IMG/VR virus record: IMGVR_UViG_3300045988_134072
Coordinates: 1-45,834 of that record
Reading direction: 5' to 3' (one strand)
DNA length: 45,834 nucleotides
Source: a virus
The notes below the pieces were generated by a model that had not been told where the DNA came from, searched no databases, and worked only from the letters and a program-made list of their open reading frames with translations. Each line of letters begins with the position of its first letter. Position 1 is the stretch's first letter. Of this stretch, positions 5,563 to 13,876 are shown piece after piece. A program made the translations under genes and the position numbers.

Positions 5563-5928
5563 ATGAATACTTTCCCCCTGTCAACCGTCAAATCCGGCTC
5601 CCAGGTCAAGGAAGATGCGCTCCCCGAAATGGTGGGCCTGTGGGATGGGCGCACGCAGTTCACGCGCAAAGAGCTGGGAGGCGCGCCCGACTGGGCGCGA
5701 TGGGTTAACCGTGACGGATACCTGTTCGACATGACTGACGTATTCGACGCGTTCAACGAAATGCTCGACTCAACACGCCCGCCCATCCAGATTGTGGGGG
5801 TGCAAATCTCCCCCCACATGGCGCTTTGGGCGCAGCCCAGCGACTACAAGCACAAGTGTTGGTGCTGGCTGGGCGACCTGATTGCTGCAGGCGAACTACG
5901 AGAGGTGGTTGACGATGCTCGCGCATGA
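5563..5928 (+). CDS. hypothetical protein, GAPxWA family member 4 of 4
   Basis: ELGGAPDWARWVNRDGYLF and C-terminal AAGELREVVDD. Confidence 0.7.
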   Translation: MNTFPLSTVKSGSQVKEDALPEMVGLWDGRTQFTRKELGGAPDWARWVNRDGYLFDMTDVFDAFNEMLDSTRPPIQIVGVQISPHMALWAQPSDYKHKCWCWLGDLIAAGELREVVDDARA

Positions 5929-6148
5929 CAGCTGGGTTCCCCCGGCCCCTTACCAGCCGTGCATCCCCCTGCGGGACGGCGTGTGGGCCGACGCCGGGGA
6001 CTGGATGACCGGCCCCGACGCAGACACGCACGGACGATGGACGCGCCTTGAGGGCGTGCCAGTGACGCGTGAGGGCTTCAAGACAGCCGCCCGCCGCGTC
6101 CTGGCGTTGGCGGTGTGCGACGGTGGCCTGTGGGGCCTCGCCGCGTGA
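5915..6148 (+). CDS. hypothetical protein
   Basis: ATG 5915 follows gaggtgg and overlaps the end of the previous gene. In frame with ORF 5882..6148. Confidence 0.5.
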   Translation: MLAHDSWVPPAPYQPCIPLRDGVWADAGDWMTGPDADTHGRWTRLEGVPVTREGFKTAARRVLALAVCDGGLWGLAA

Positions 6149-6171
6149 CCAAGACAAACGGAAGGAATGCG

Positions 6172-6519
6172 ATGGCAAAACTGGACGGCGGCACTGAACA
6201 CATCACAGCGTTGCGTGACTTTTGCGAGTTTCTTTGGGGACTATCAGATACGATTCAAGCCCGCGCAGAAATCGTGGGCTTGAGTGGATTCCCCGAGGCG
6301 TGCAAGGGCTTAGGCGATTCGCCCGACGCTGACCGCGCTTGCGAGGCGTACGGCGACCTGCAAATTGCGCTGACAGACTGCGCTCTCATGGTGGATGTCC
6401 TGACCGACCATCTTGAGCTGGTGAATGACCCTGTTGTGCGTGACTGGCAGGGGCGGCGGGACATGCTGAGCACAGAATTGCCTACGTCGCGTGACATGTG
6501 GCAGAACGATCAACAGTAA
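6172..6519 (+). CDS. hypothetical protein, GDSP pair member 1
   Basis: ATG 6172 follows ggaagg. Its KGLGDSPDADRA motif is shared with the next gene. Confidence 0.6.
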   Translation: MAKLDGGTEHITALRDFCEFLWGLSDTIQARAEIVGLSGFPEACKGLGDSPDADRACEAYGDLQIALTDCALMVDVLTDHLELVNDPVVRDWQGRRDMLSTELPTSRDMWQNDQQ

Positions 6520-6535
6520 AACTTGGAAGGCAATC

Positions 6536-6808
6536 ATGATGGAAAGCAGCAACCCCAACAAGGCGTGGATGTTGGCCGCGAAATGGGCAGCCCTCGCCGG
6601 GGAGGTTGATTACATGCGAGAACGGCTCGACCTCAATCTGCTCATGGCAGGCGTACGTCACAGGCATGACGTGCCGGGCGACAAGCTGGGAGATTCCCCC
6701 GAGGCGAGCATGGTTCGCGCGCATGCGCGCGCTGCCCTCGGAGCGCTGGAACACCTGTCCGACTCGCTCAAAACCGTGGCAATCAAGCTCGACGCGCAAG
6801 CGAGCTAA
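6536..6808 (+). CDS. hypothetical protein, GDSP pair member 2
   Basis: ATG 6536 follows ggaagg. Carries a DKLGDSPEASMVRAHA motif. Confidence 0.6.
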   Translation: MMESSNPNKAWMLAAKWAALAGEVDYMRERLDLNLLMAGVRHRHDVPGDKLGDSPEASMVRAHARAALGALEHLSDSLKTVAIKLDAQAS

Positions 6809-6841
6809 CAAGCAAGAATAACTGGAAGGCAGTGTGAACTA

Positions 6842-7345
6842 ATGGTCTGGTATGACGAAAGCGACGTTGCGGCGGTAGCCGTGCGCGTCATGGAGGACTG
6901 GGAACAGTACTACAACAACATGCTCAGCAGCGCGGCTAAGGTTGCGGGGTGGAGCGTCGTCTATGATGCCCCCACTAAGCATCACAGGTGGCACGCAATG
7001 CGCCTGGTCCGCACACAAGGCGACGAACTGCAGAGTACGTGGTGCGTGGGCGAGTACGTGCTGCTGCATGCTGATAAGCCCCTGGCCCTCGCCCGCGAAA
7101 TGCGAGTGTCGGGCAAGTGGGAGCTTGCGCGTGAGTGGCCCGTGCCTGTGGGGACGCGGCTGGGGGCGCTCATGTGGCTGAACCGGCGCGACCCTGCGAC
7201 GTCGCACGAATTGCCCGACATGACGCGCCCCAACTGGCGTGCTCACCTGTGCGGCACTCCTGGCGGCGACTGGGGGCTGACGCTCGATATTCTCTGGCAA
7301 AACAGGGCGTGCGCGCCAGAGTTCGCACTGACGCCCGCTGCCTGA
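6842..7345 (+). CDS. hypothetical protein
   Basis: ATG 6842 follows ggaagg. 167 aa with no recognisable domain. Confidence 0.6.
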   Translation: MVWYDESDVAAVAVRVMEDWEQYYNNMLSSAAKVAGWSVVYDAPTKHHRWHAMRLVRTQGDELQSTWCVGEYVLLHADKPLALAREMRVSGKWELAREWPVPVGTRLGALMWLNRRDPATSHELPDMTRPNWRAHLCGTPGGDWGLTLDILWQNRACAPEFALTPAA

Positions 7346-7558
7346 TCACTCGCCGCATGGTTTGGTGGGGTGAGCATTCTCGCCGGGGTGACGGCTAGGG
7401 GGGTTCTCTACCTCTCTCCCTCCCTGGTTTCCGCCCTGGCGGGTGCGCTCACCTCCCTAAACCAAACGCGGCGCACAGAACATTCAACCCGAGGCCCCCT
7501 GACCCTGCATGACGCGGGCGCGAGGGGCCTTGTTGTAACCGGAAGGAAGGGTGCCCTA

Positions 7559-7870
7559 ATGATGAGTTCCAACGGCAAGCTGAGCATGCGCACGGTCGCA
7601 TGGCTCATGACTCTAGTGGCGTTAGCCGCTGGACTATGGGTGGGTAGGGGCATTATGCCTGACAGGCCCGCATATTTCCTGGCAGAAATGCAACAGGGGC
7701 GCGTGGTCCTCGTGGAGGGCACGCGGTGGAGGACGGACGATTGTCACAAAATTACCAGGAGGTTTGTGACGGATCTACTGTCTGAGCCGACCGATGTTGT
7801 GGAGGCTGTTACACCTGAGGGTGTCCATCGCGGTTGGGCGAGGTTGGAGCCCCGAGACTGCGCGGCCTAA
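7559..7870 (+). CDS. hypothetical membrane-anchored protein
   Basis: ATG 7559 follows ggaaggaagg. N-terminal hydrophobic helix VAWLMTLVALAAGLWVG. Confidence 0.6.
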   Translation: MMSSNGKLSMRTVAWLMTLVALAAGLWVGRGIMPDRPAYFLAEMQQGRVVLVEGTRWRTDDCHKITRRFVTDLLSEPTDVVEAVTPEGVHRGWARLEPRDCAA

Positions 7871-7981
7871 CGCCTGGTCAAGTGGCGAAAAACACGTTCT
7901 GCCGCTACAGTTTTTCATGTTGTCAGACAACCATTACCGACAACGCACACACGCAGAAAACGTTCAGGAAGCAGTACCAAA

Positions 7982-8395
7982 ATGACACAGGAGCCAACCC
8001 CCTACACAATCACCGCACACACAAGCGACCCCGCCGCCGCGAATCTAATCCTCGCCGCAGTGATCGACGAGGCCCGCCGCACAGGCGCACAAGTCAGCAT
8101 CGGCGGGCAGGTTCCCGCCCCAAACGGGAGCATCGTCAACGTCAAGGCCGCGCAGGGCGACCAACTGGCCGAGGCTTCAAGCCTGTTCCTCACGTGGGCG
8201 GAAGCCGCCGAAAAACCCCGACTCATGCACTCGCCCGCCGACGTCGCAACCATGCTAGGCGTATCCGCCCGCACGCTGGGGGAGTGGAGGTTCACCGGCG
8301 TAGGCCCCGCATTCGTGAAAGTCGGGGGCATCGTTCGTTACCCGCACGATGCGCTCACGGACTGGATGCAGGCGAATCAGCAGACGGTCGCCTAA
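7982..8395 (+). CDS. helix-turn-helix DNA-binding protein (excisionase/MerR-like C-terminal domain)
   Basis: ADVATMLGVSARTLGEWRFTGVGPAFVKVGGIVRYPHDALTDWM matches the Xis/MerR-type winged HTH pattern. Confidence 0.7.
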   Translation: MTQEPTPYTITAHTSDPAAANLILAAVIDEARRTGAQVSIGGQVPAPNGSIVNVKAAQGDQLAEASSLFLTWAEAAEKPRLMHSPADVATMLGVSARTLGEWRFTGVGPAFVKVGGIVRYPHDALTDWMQANQQTVA

Positions 8396-8688
8396 ACACA
8401 AGGAAGCCCGCCCCGGACTGGCCTAAGCGCTTTGCGGCGAGTGTGAGAGACCGTCTAACGGCCTGCCTGGCGGGGCAAACCTGTCAGATGCGCTTGTAAT
8501 GGCTGTCCGGTGCGGGCTTCCCACACAGAACGTTCAACAGAGAAAACAGACAAACCTAGGGCGTGTCAGTACCTTGTTGTAACAGGGTTGAGTGTAGCAC
8601 TCTGCGCAGCTCAAGCGCAATACCCCAAAAGTTGGAACAAGTACCGACCAGCCCCAACAGTCCCAGAATAGGAAGGAAAATCACCAAC

Positions 8689-9042
8689 ATGGGAACTGCA
8701 TCACTCACCCGCGAACAGCTCAACGAGGCTATCGAACAGTTCGCAGACAAGATCATGGAAGCCCTCGGGGCCACCGTCACAGACGAGGAACCGGGCGAGT
8801 CGAAACTGACCGGCACCCACTTCAAGGTGATCGACATTGACGGCGTGGAATGCGTAATGGATGCCGAGGATATTGACTCGGGCACGCTTATCATGGATGG
8901 CCCGTTTGAAATCTTCCGCTGCGGCACGAGATTTGGCAGCAAACCGTGGATGCGCTACAGCGGCAGGTGGTTCACCCATGAAGAGTTTGCGCAAGAAATG
9001 CGCGACGCCGACACATTGCCCCGCATCGTCCGCCGGGGCTGA
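8689..9042 (+). CDS. small paralog family, member 1 of 12
   Basis: N-terminal helix REQLNEAIEQFADKIMEAL. Core GTLIMDG...WMRYSGRWFTHEEFAQEM. ATG follows ggaagg. Confidence 0.65.
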   Translation: MGTASLTREQLNEAIEQFADKIMEALGATVTDEEPGESKLTGTHFKVIDIDGVECVMDAEDIDSGTLIMDGPFEIFRCGTRFGSKPWMRYSGRWFTHEEFAQEMRDADTLPRIVRRG

Positions 9043-9053
9043 TCGGGGGGGCG

Positions 9054-9380
9054 ATGACAAAGCCAATCACCCTCGATGAGGCCGTGGACTTCATCAGCCG
9101 ACTATGCGCCCAATCGAACGCGCCCACGACACCGCCGAACGCGGTCTCTCTCAACGCTGTGGGCATCCCCCTGACGATGGACCTGTCCACCCTCCCGCCC
9201 GGCACACTCATTGACAGCTACGTGACGGGAGAGTTTTTCAAGGTCACGCACGACCATTGGGTAACCACGCGGACACCTAACGGACGATATACGGACGCGG
9301 ACGTCGCCACACAGGTACGCCTCGGATGGGACGCCGACCTTGAGCGGACGGACTTCAACCTCATCCACATGGGCGAATAG
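9054..9380 (+). CDS. small paralog family, member 2 of 12 (divergent)
   Basis: LSTLPPGTLIDS...FFKVTHDHWVTT...YTDADVA. Confidence 0.6.
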   Translation: MTKPITLDEAVDFISRLCAQSNAPTTPPNAVSLNAVGIPLTMDLSTLPPGTLIDSYVTGEFFKVTHDHWVTTRTPNGRYTDADVATQVRLGWDADLERTDFNLIHMGE

Positions 9381-9457
9381 CCCCCACTGCGCACGGTTTC
9401 TGGCGGAACCAAAGCGCACAACACACACAGATTAGTTCAACAAGGAAGGACAAACAC

Positions 9458-9661
9458 ATGGCATGGATGCTACTCGGCGTCGGCCTCGCAATCCTCATTA
9501 CGGGACTGACGACCGCCCTCATTGTCAAGGAAATCGACGAATGGATCGACACTAGATGCGCGCTTTCGGTCGGCAACCTGTTCAACATCATCGTCCTGGC
9601 CCTCGTCGGCTACCCCGGCGCATGGCTCACGTTCACCCACATCACGGGGGTGGGACTGTGA
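9458..9661 (+). CDS. small membrane protein (two hydrophobic helices)
   Basis: MAWMLLGVGLAILITGLTTALIV and NIIVLALVGYPGAWLTF. Confidence 0.55.
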   Translation: MAWMLLGVGLAILITGLTTALIVKEIDEWIDTRCALSVGNLFNIIVLALVGYPGAWLTFTHITGVGL

Positions 9662-9873
9662 TCGAACGAGTCACCCCCAACAACATCATCCTCCTGGCAA
9701 ACAAGTATGGAGGGGATGTCGTTAACCAGGTCACGCCCGGAGGGGTCGTGCCCCGAATCGTTTTCGGACGTCGGGATAACACGGTCAGCATCGGAGACCT
9801 GATCGGAAATACGGACGAGGGTGGAGTCATCGTGCGCCGTGAGGGTGCCCGCGAGTGGGAGGTGGTCGCATGA
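9658..9873 (+). CDS. hypothetical protein
   Basis: GTG 9658 overlaps the upstream TGA (GTGA). In frame with ORF 9556..9873. Confidence 0.45.
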   Translation: MIERVTPNNIILLANKYGGDVVNQVTPGGVVPRIVFGRRDNTVSIGDLIGNTDEGGVIVRREGAREWEVVA

Positions 9874-10175
9874 CCGTTCACGGACTGCTCGCGGCGGCGG
9901 CATCCGCCCCCGTCACTCGCACAATCCGCAACCGCGCAATGGACACCGTGCTACAGCGTGAAGGCGACGATCCAGTGTGGACGGTCAAGACTAAGAATCT
10001 TGACCTGATCCGCGCCCTAGACGAGGCGTGCTCATGCGAGCGTGGCGTGGCAATCGTGCGCTCGCACGAGATGGGCATTGTGAAGGCCGCAGAATACGAG
10101 GTCGAAGATGCGCTGCTCGCATCCCTCGTGAGTGGACTCGACGCTGATCCGTCCGACCCCCCAGCTGCGGCCTGA
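9870..10175 (+). CDS. hypothetical protein
   Basis: ATG 9870 overlaps the upstream stop (ATGA). Confidence 0.5.
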   Translation: MTVHGLLAAAASAPVTRTIRNRAMDTVLQREGDDPVWTVKTKNLDLIRALDEACSCERGVAIVRSHEMGIVKAAEYEVEDALLASLVSGLDADPSDPPAAA

Positions 10176-10255
10176 CAGGCCGTTAGGGGTGCGTCTAGGG
10201 GCCTTAACGGGCTTGCCTTGGGCGCGCCCCTAGTCTATTGGAAGGAACGCAAGCA

Positions 10256-10519
10256 ATGACCGTAGCACTCCGGCGCGCGTACACAATCGACGCCGACCCG
10301 CCGAACGTCTGCCATCCCATCATCTTCACTGACCTCATGAACCTGCCCGTAGCATACGGGACAGTCATTGTCGTGGACGGCATGGAACACATGCGCGTCC
10401 CCGAGGGGTGGATTGACGCAATGGGGAATTGGTGTACGAACGAGGAAATGCGGGAAGCCCTCACCAAAAACCCGCACGCGGCCCGAGTGGTATACAACAC
10501 CCACCGGACATCCTGCTAA
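10256..10519 (+). CDS. small paralog family, member 3 of 12
   Basis: LMNLPVAYGTVIVVDGMEHMRVPEGW...WCTNEEMREAL. ATG follows ggaagg. Confidence 0.7.
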   Translation: MTVALRRAYTIDADPPNVCHPIIFTDLMNLPVAYGTVIVVDGMEHMRVPEGWIDAMGNWCTNEEMREALTKNPHAARVVYNTHRTSC

Positions 10520-10539
10520 TCAGAAAGCGACACAAAACA

Positions 10540-10887
10540 ATGAGTCACGACAACTACCTGAACGCAATCAGCGAGGCAAAGAAACTTCTCACAGAACTAC
10601 TCAACGACCCTGAGCGCGGCAAGCTCACATTCGAGGGCATCAACGGCCTTAACGACCTGAATGTCACCGGCCCGAACAGTCTGGACGGCCTCACAACCGG
10701 GGCAGTAGTCGTGATCGACGGCGATGAATGGATGAGTCTTACCACATGCGTCGCCAGTTCGCGACAGTGGCAGTGTTTTAGGGGCGAGCTGCGAGTAACA
10801 AGCGAGGAATTGTACCTCATCGCCCTCAAAAATGCGGACGACCTGCACTACGCCCACACGGGTGACTGTTCGGGCGCGAACTTCTGA
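10540..10887 (+). CDS. small paralog family, member 4 of 12
   Basis: N-terminal helix NYLNAISEAKKLLTELL. Core GLTTGAVVVIDGDEWMSL...VTSEELY. Confidence 0.65.
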   Translation: MSHDNYLNAISEAKKLLTELLNDPERGKLTFEGINGLNDLNVTGPNSLDGLTTGAVVVIDGDEWMSLTTCVASSRQWQCFRGELRVTSEELYLIALKNADDLHYAHTGDCSGANF

Positions 10888-10908
10888 GAAAAGGAAGGAT
10901 GAACACTT

Positions 10909-11247
10909 ATGACAAGCATCGAAACCTACCAGGAACGCATCGATGCCATTAAAGCGAGCATCGAACGTCTCAAAGGCGACGGGGCGTTTGTTATCCAGAA
11001 CCTGCCCGGAAGGGCACCTCTCATAGTGCGCGAAGAAGGCGACCTATGCCTCCCGTTCGGGACGGTCATCGCCGGAAACGAGGACCACGTATACCTGCGA
11101 GCTCCACACGGGCGCATCTACTGGGAGTCGTCTAGCCGCAGCAGTGCTGAGCCGCGCGGATACAACCTCGAACGATTCTACGAATTCCTGAGCAGGCGCA
11201 CGATGATGGGCGAGCGGTTCGGCATCGTCTACCAGCCGACCGGGTAA
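10909..11247 (+). CDS. small paralog family, member 5 of 12
   Basis: YQERIDAIKASIERLK, then LCLPFGTVIAGNEDHVYLRAPHG. Confidence 0.65.
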   Translation: MTSIETYQERIDAIKASIERLKGDGAFVIQNLPGRAPLIVREEGDLCLPFGTVIAGNEDHVYLRAPHGRIYWESSSRSSAEPRGYNLERFYEFLSRRTMMGERFGIVYQPTG

Positions 11248-11259
11248 CGGGGGCTTAGC

Positions 11260-11625
11260 GTGAACAAGGACAATCCCCAGGCAACCGAGTACGAAAAAAT
11301 CCTCAAAAATATCGACGAGGCCCGCAAGGCTCTGCGCAACGCAGCAAACCCCCCAGCGGGCACAATCAACATCACAATCCCCGGCCTCGATGACCCGATC
11401 ACGGGAGAGCGCAGCCTGTGGTTCCTCCCGCCCGGCACAACAATCCACATTTCCGAGGGCGGGGCGGGAGCCGTGTACGTCCAGTCATCCGCCGCCCGCA
11501 CGCAACGGTGGGTGCGGCACGACGGGCGGCAACTGTCCGGCGAGGACATGTTCGCCGCAATCCTCAGTGCGACCGAGTTTGGCGACACGATCACCCTCCT
11601 GTCGTACGGGCTGGACCCCCTGTAA
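11260..11625 (+). CDS. small paralog family, member 6 of 12
   Basis: EYEKILKNIDEARKALRNA, then LWFLPPGTTIHISEGG...LSGEDMFAAIL. GTG start. Confidence 0.6.
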   Translation: MNKDNPQATEYEKILKNIDEARKALRNAANPPAGTINITIPGLDDPITGERSLWFLPPGTTIHISEGGAGAVYVQSSAARTQRWVRHDGRQLSGEDMFAAILSATEFGDTITLLSYGLDPL

Positions 11626-11647
11626 AAACGCCAGAAAGACAACCGAA

Positions 11648-11953
11648 ATGGACATCACGAAAGAAACCCTGATCGAACACATTGAAAACCTGTTCGACAA
11701 CATTGAAGCAGGCGAGCCAGCAGAAACCGTAGTCGAAGTCACCGCCCTTGGCGCGGAAGTCAAGCTCGACCTCTCATGCCTGGCGTACGGCGCGATCATC
11801 CTCCTTAACGGCACGCTATGGTTTAAGGAAGGCGAGGACATGTGGACCGAGAACGGCGCGGGCGGGCTTAGTTGCCTAGAGCTTGCGCAGAGCATCCGCG
11901 CAGTCGGCCCCCGCAATGCGGTGTTCCTATACAACGGCGAGGCGTATAGGTGA
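11648..11953 (+). CDS. small paralog family, member 7 of 12
   Basis: ETLIEHIENLFDNIEAGE, then LSCLAYGAIILLNGTLWFKEGEDMW. Confidence 0.6.
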   Translation: MDITKETLIEHIENLFDNIEAGEPAETVVEVTALGAEVKLDLSCLAYGAIILLNGTLWFKEGEDMWTENGAGGLSCLELAQSIRAVGPRNAVFLYNGEAYR

Positions 11954-12216
11954 CCGACGCGATCCAACTCGACATCCACTACGACTGCACGGCCAGTCAT
12001 CGCATCACAGCGCTGGAAGGCCCTGAACACCTCGCCAGCCTCATGCCCGGCACGATCATCCTCGTGAGCGGCTGGGAATACATGCGCCTAGTGGATCACG
12101 TGGGATGGGCGCACATCGACGGCAAAGTCCTAACCCACCAGGAAATGTGGAACCTGATCGTCGCCCACAAACAGGACGGGTGGCCTATCAGCCTCATCCA
12201 CGTTGGCGCAGCATAA
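11950..12216 (+). CDS. small paralog family, member 8 of 12
   Basis: LASLMPGTIILVSGWEYMRLVDHVGWAHIDGKVLTHQEMWNLI. GTG overlaps the upstream stop. Confidence 0.7.
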   Translation: MTDAIQLDIHYDCTASHRITALEGPEHLASLMPGTIILVSGWEYMRLVDHVGWAHIDGKVLTHQEMWNLIVAHKQDGWPISLIHVGAA

Positions 12217-12236
12217 ACACGCAGGAAGGAAAAAGC

Positions 12237-12593
12237 ATGCAAACCCTAATCGAAACCCTCAACCTCTACAACAACGCATTCGACGCGCTATGCGAGGCGC
12301 AAAAACTGGTCGAACAACTCGAAACAGAAACCAGCCACATCCTCGACAACAACACGGAACCAATCATAGCATCCACAGGCGAGGGCGCGACCCACATCTT
12401 CACAACACCCGCCTACCTTGAACGCCTACCCCTCGGGACCGTAATCAGCGTGGATGGCGTTGAGTACATGCGGACAGGTTACTCGCATGGCCCGTGGACA
12501 GGCTGCCTCGGGCACGAATACTCGCACCACAGGATGTTCCTCCAGATGCTTGAAGATGCAGACAAGTGCGAGATCGCCCACAAGGTCAACTAG
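12237..12593 (+). CDS. small paralog family, member 9 of 12
   Basis: LERLPLGTVISVDGVEYMRTGYSHGPW...SHHRMFLQML. ATG follows ggaaggaaa. Confidence 0.7.
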   Translation: MQTLIETLNLYNNAFDALCEAQKLVEQLETETSHILDNNTEPIIASTGEGATHIFTTPAYLERLPLGTVISVDGVEYMRTGYSHGPWTGCLGHEYSHHRMFLQMLEDADKCEIAHKVN

Positions 12594-12607
12594 ACGGATG
12601 AGAAACC

Positions 12608-12979
12608 ATGGAACCATATATTACAGAAACCGACGCTGAGAAAGCCGCGCACGAAACAGCTAAAGCAGCATACGAAACCATCCGCACAGCGCGCCGTGCC
12701 CTGCGCATGGCGCATATAGACTGTTGCGCACCCGTCCCCATCCCCACAAAGGAAGGCGGCCACCTGCAGGTGTCCAAGGCTGACGACCTGGCATGCCTGC
12801 TTAACGACACCCTGCTCTACACGTCGGATGGCCTGTATGTAAAGCATTGGAAACGGTGGCGAGGCGCATACGAGAAAATCTCCCACGAGGAAATGTGGGA
12901 GCGCATCCTCAAAGCCTACACAGATGGCTCCCTCGACGGCGAGTTTCTTCTAACCTCGCGCGAGGCGGTGGCACCGTGA
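12608..12979 (+). CDS. small paralog family, member 10 of 12
   Basis: LACLLNDTLLYTSDGLYVKHWKRW...ISHEEMWERIL. Confidence 0.65.
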   Translation: MEPYITETDAEKAAHETAKAAYETIRTARRALRMAHIDCCAPVPIPTKEGGHLQVSKADDLACLLNDTLLYTSDGLYVKHWKRWRGAYEKISHEEMWERILKAYTDGSLDGEFLLTSREAVAP

Positions 12980-13335
12980 ATCTGCAACAGCAAGCCCAGC
13001 ACATGAACAGGATCATCAAGCTGCACCAAAACCTCCTGCGCGAGGTCAGGTATGGGGAGCACATCGTCATTCCCCTCTCGCGAGACGACGGCGGCGAGGA
13101 TGTGTTGATCCGCAGCCCGCACGATCTTGCAACTCTCCCCATTGGGACACGCGTCGGCGTGTATGGAAACGAGTTTCAAGTTACGCCGGACGGCATGGCC
13201 TTCCTTGCGCGCAAGGAAATCGCGTACACGTTTGACGACTTCTGGGATGAAATGGTCGCGTATTCTGCGTACCCTCCCCGACGCCCGGAGGCCATGCCCC
13301 GCATCACGCACATGCCCGACACAGAACACAACTAA
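12976..13335 (+). CDS. small paralog family, member 11 of 12
   Basis: LATLPIGTRVGVYGNEFQVTPDG...YTFDDFWDEMV. GTG 12976 overlaps the upstream TGA. Alternative start ATG 13003. Confidence 0.6.
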   Translation: MNLQQQAQHMNRIIKLHQNLLREVRYGEHIVIPLSRDDGGEDVLIRSPHDLATLPIGTRVGVYGNEFQVTPDGMAFLARKEIAYTFDDFWDEMVAYSAYPPRRPEAMPRITHMPDTEHN

Positions 13336-13353
13336 CCCCCAATAGGAGGAAAC

Positions 13354-13701
13354 ATGATAGAAATCAACACGACGCTCGCCGAGGCTATTGCCAAGTGTGA
13401 CGAAATCAAGGACCAGCTGGAAGTCCTACGGGACATGCTCAAGCCTAAGCCTGTCCTGCGGCTTGAGTCCATCACCCGCCCAGGCGACTACTGGGAGCTG
13501 CGCTCGGAGGACGGCCTGATCAACTGCATGCACGGGACGGTCATCATCATGTCAAACGGCTGTCGATTCTTCCGCGTTGCCGACTCGCTTAAACCCTGGA
13601 TTACCAGCGGAGGGCTAGGCTTATCGTCGCTAGCCCTGTGGGGTAATCTCAATAATGTAGTCAGTCAAGGCGTCACACTCAAGTACCTTGCAGCCAACTA
13701 G
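13354..13701 (+). CDS. small paralog family, member 12 of 12
   Basis: LAEAIAKCDEIKDQLEVLRDML, then LINCMHGTVIIMSNGCRFFRVADSLKPW. Confidence 0.6.
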   Translation: MIEINTTLAEAIAKCDEIKDQLEVLRDMLKPKPVLRLESITRPGDYWELRSEDGLINCMHGTVIIMSNGCRFFRVADSLKPWITSGGLGLSSLALWGNLNNVVSQGVTLKYLAAN

Positions 13702-13714
13702 ACCGCACTCACAA

Positions 13715-13805
13715 GCGGCCCCCTCGTAAGGGAGACCAGCACTCAACCCGCCCCACACGGGGGTGGTGAGAGTAACGGTTCTCTCCTGCGAGGGGGCCGC
13801 TTTTT
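13715..13805 (+). terminator. long compound hairpin closed by a 12-bp GC stem and followed by TTTTT
   Basis: gcggccccctcg (13715-13726) pairs with cgagggggccgc (13789-13800), then ttttt. The interior carries further pairings. It sits between the paralog array and int. Confidence 0.5.
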
Positions 13806-13876
13806 GCTACCCTCAAAACGGGCAACGCGTGTTACGATACTGGCAACCAAGCCCCCGCGCAGGAAGGTTCACGATC

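Noticed and set aside
7353-7452. Fragments resembling the element linker (tttggtggggtgagc), a T-loop (gggggttctctacc) and the 5' flank (ggtttccgccctggcggg)
   Set aside because: The pieces are not in a foldable order and no acceptor or T stems close. At most this is a decayed relic, so it is not called as a feature.
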